Assembly: GCA_046483495.1 (NCBI GenBank)
Contig: JAWODC010000056.1
Coordinates: 1-18,831, forward strand
Origin: Desulfobacterales bacterium
Lineage (GTDB): Bacteria > Desulfobacterota > Desulfobacteria > Desulfobacterales > UBA5616
Direction: 5' to 3'
Length of the DNA stretch: 18,831 nucleotides
A program made the position numbers and the translations under genes. The stretch's first letter is position 1, and the number at the start of each line of letters is the position of its first letter. The notes under the pieces are model-generated. The model did not search any database, was not told where the DNA came from, and was given only the letters and a program-made list of their open reading frames with translations. This document shows positions 18,015 to 18,831 of this stretch, piece after piece.

Positions 18015-18031
18015 AGCAATTTAAATGCCAA
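18015..18031 (-). promoter_or_regulatory. Sigma-54 (-24/-12) promoter
   Basis: Minus strand TTGGCATTTAAATTGCT, with GG (18029-18028), exactly 10 nt, then GC (18017-18016). Matches TGGCAC-N5-TTGCW apart from one position. Confidence 0.8.
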
Positions 18032-18082
18032 TTCATGTGTCGATATATTAAAAATGTGTTCAATAAAATATATGTACAATAG

Positions 18083-18095
18083 AATCAATAGGTTG
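18083..18095 (+). promoter_or_regulatory. Putative IHF binding site
   Basis: AATCAA-TAGG-TTG is an exact WATCAA-N4-TTR, in AT-rich DNA between the sigma-54 promoter and the first palindrome. Confidence 0.6.
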
Positions 18096-18159
18096 AAAAA
18101 ATCCATCATTTTTGCATATCGTCTGCATCGGCAATAGCCATCTTCGAAAAAAACCCAAA

Positions 18160-18177
18160 TGTTCAAAATTTTGAACA
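18160..18177. promoter_or_regulatory. Perfect 18-bp palindrome, candidate enhancer (bEBP upstream activating sequence)
   Basis: TGTTCAAAATTTTGAACA is self-complementary and centred about 165 bp upstream of the predicted sigma-54 start site. Confidence 0.6.
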
Positions 18178-18197
18178 CGCAAAACCATACTTTTTTT

Positions 18198-18210
18198 TAA
18201 CCAATTGATT
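18198..18210 (-). promoter_or_regulatory. Second putative IHF binding site
   Basis: Minus strand AATCAA-TTGG-TTA is an exact WATCAA-N4-TTR, located between the two palindromes. Confidence 0.5.
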
Positions 18211-18238
18211 TTATAATAATTTAGAGATACTGTAAAAA

Positions 18239-18254
18239 GTTCATGATTTTGAAC
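18239..18254. promoter_or_regulatory. Second copy of the GTTCA-N6-TGAAC palindrome
   Basis: GTTCA-TGATTT-TGAAC has the same half-sites and spacing as 18161-18176. Confidence 0.55.
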
Positions 18255-18443
18255 GTTACGTTCATGGATCACAGGACATGTGTCCAACCTGCAACTCGAA
18301 GTTTATAAGCAGTGACCCGATTGCGGTTGTTCATCGCATCACTTTTCCTTCTTGCATGCAAAACCAAACAGTTACAGCCCGCAAAGAATCATTTCGGCAG
18401 CCGAGCCGGATAATTCGCCTTTGCGCCGACGGCATCGGGCAAC

Positions 18444-18467
18444 CCGGGGCAGCGGTTCCGGTTTTTT
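18444..18467 (+). terminator. Possible + strand intrinsic terminator
   Basis: CCGGGGC-agcg-GTTCCGG (7 bp including two G-U pairs, so stable only on +) followed by TTTTTT. Confidence 0.45.
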
Positions 18468-18512
18468 GAACTTTTCCCAAAACACGGGCTATTTTCCATG
18501 CATCGAACCGGG

Positions 18513-18830
18513 TTACGGTGCAGATCTTGGGCGGGAGCCCCGCACCTGTATTTTTCGTATGCCGTCTAAAAATTCATCGCTCAGTTGTTTGGCCGTCCGA
18601 TGCTCATAAACCTTCCCGGCCCGGGTTACACCCCGAATTACACCGTCATTCAAAAACCACGCCAGCAGTCGCAACCCGACATGCTCCCTGCCGGTGTCCC
18701 TTAAATCCTGCTTTCGATAGGGCTCGGGTACCGGCACGGCTTCCTCATGATCGATCAAATGCTTCAAAAAATTCAACAGCCGCGTCATCCGCAGCAGCGT
18801 TACGGCCTGGGCGCGTGTCGTTTCGTGCGC
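18513..18830 (-). CDS. C-terminal end of a protein whose 5' part lies outside the window (possibly a radical SAM family C-terminal region)
   Basis: Frame is open to the window edge (AHETTRAQAVTLLRMTRLLNFLK...LLAWFLNDGVIRGV...YEH) and looks protein-like. The family guess is from vague recall only; no diagnostic motif is visible. Confidence 0.55.
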   Translation of the reverse strand, partial: AHETTRAQAVTLLRMTRLLNFLKHLIDHEEAVPVPEPYRKQDLRDTGREHVGLRLLAWFLNDGVIRGVTRAGKVYEHRTAKQLSDEFLDGIRKIQVRGSRPRSAP

Positions 18831-18831
18831 T

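Noticed and set aside
18251..18263. GAAC-N5-GTTC as a Firmicutes-type LexA box
   Set aside because: That box has an N4 spacer. The sequence is better explained as adjacent GTTCA/TGAAC half-sites.
18060..18287. 75-aa minus-strand ORF in the AT-rich region
   Set aside because: Composition is unlike the genes in this window, and it coincides with IHF sites and palindromes, so the DNA is more likely regulatory.
18278..18469. 63-aa + ORF starting MCPTC
   Set aside because: AGGA lies only 1 nt from the ATG, there is no second CxxC, and the ORF runs through the terminator-like hairpin. Probably spurious.
18380..18470. Resemblance to a c-di-GMP-I riboswitch (GCAAAG and GGGUUGCC-like words on the minus strand)
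   Set aside because: The elements are in the wrong order and the GNRA-capped P2 stem is missing.

Overview
Bacterial chromosomal window. Gene content (sigma-54 regulator, iorAB, FmdB-type Zn ribbon, DUF6178-like, NifU_N-like) suggests Desulfobacterota; this is inference. Left to right: a 5'-truncated histidine kinase and an NtrC-family sigma-54 response regulator (+); a minus-strand run iorA-iorB-recN-membrane/GAF histidine kinase-FmdB Zn ribbon-PflX-like radical SAM-tandem SH3 protein-YfgM-like TPR protein; then rdgB, a GTP-type PEP carboxykinase with archaeal-like motifs, ampG and a DUF6178-like gene (+); an IscU/NifU_N-like gene (-); and the 3' end of a truncated CDS (-). No mobile element, CRISPR array, tRNA or rRNA was seen. 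The strongest unexplained signal is non-coding, at 17929-18265. A correctly spaced sigma-54 promoter on the minus strand is followed by a ~76-nt segment with no long ORF, closed by a perfect intrinsic terminator. Its unpaired part is the exact antisense of a Shine-Dalgarno + ATG AAG AAA (MKK) initiation region. Upstream lie two consensus IHF sites and two GTTCA-N6-TGAAC palindromes. This looks like an unannotated sigma-54-controlled base-pairing small RNA. All calls were made by eye, without database searches.
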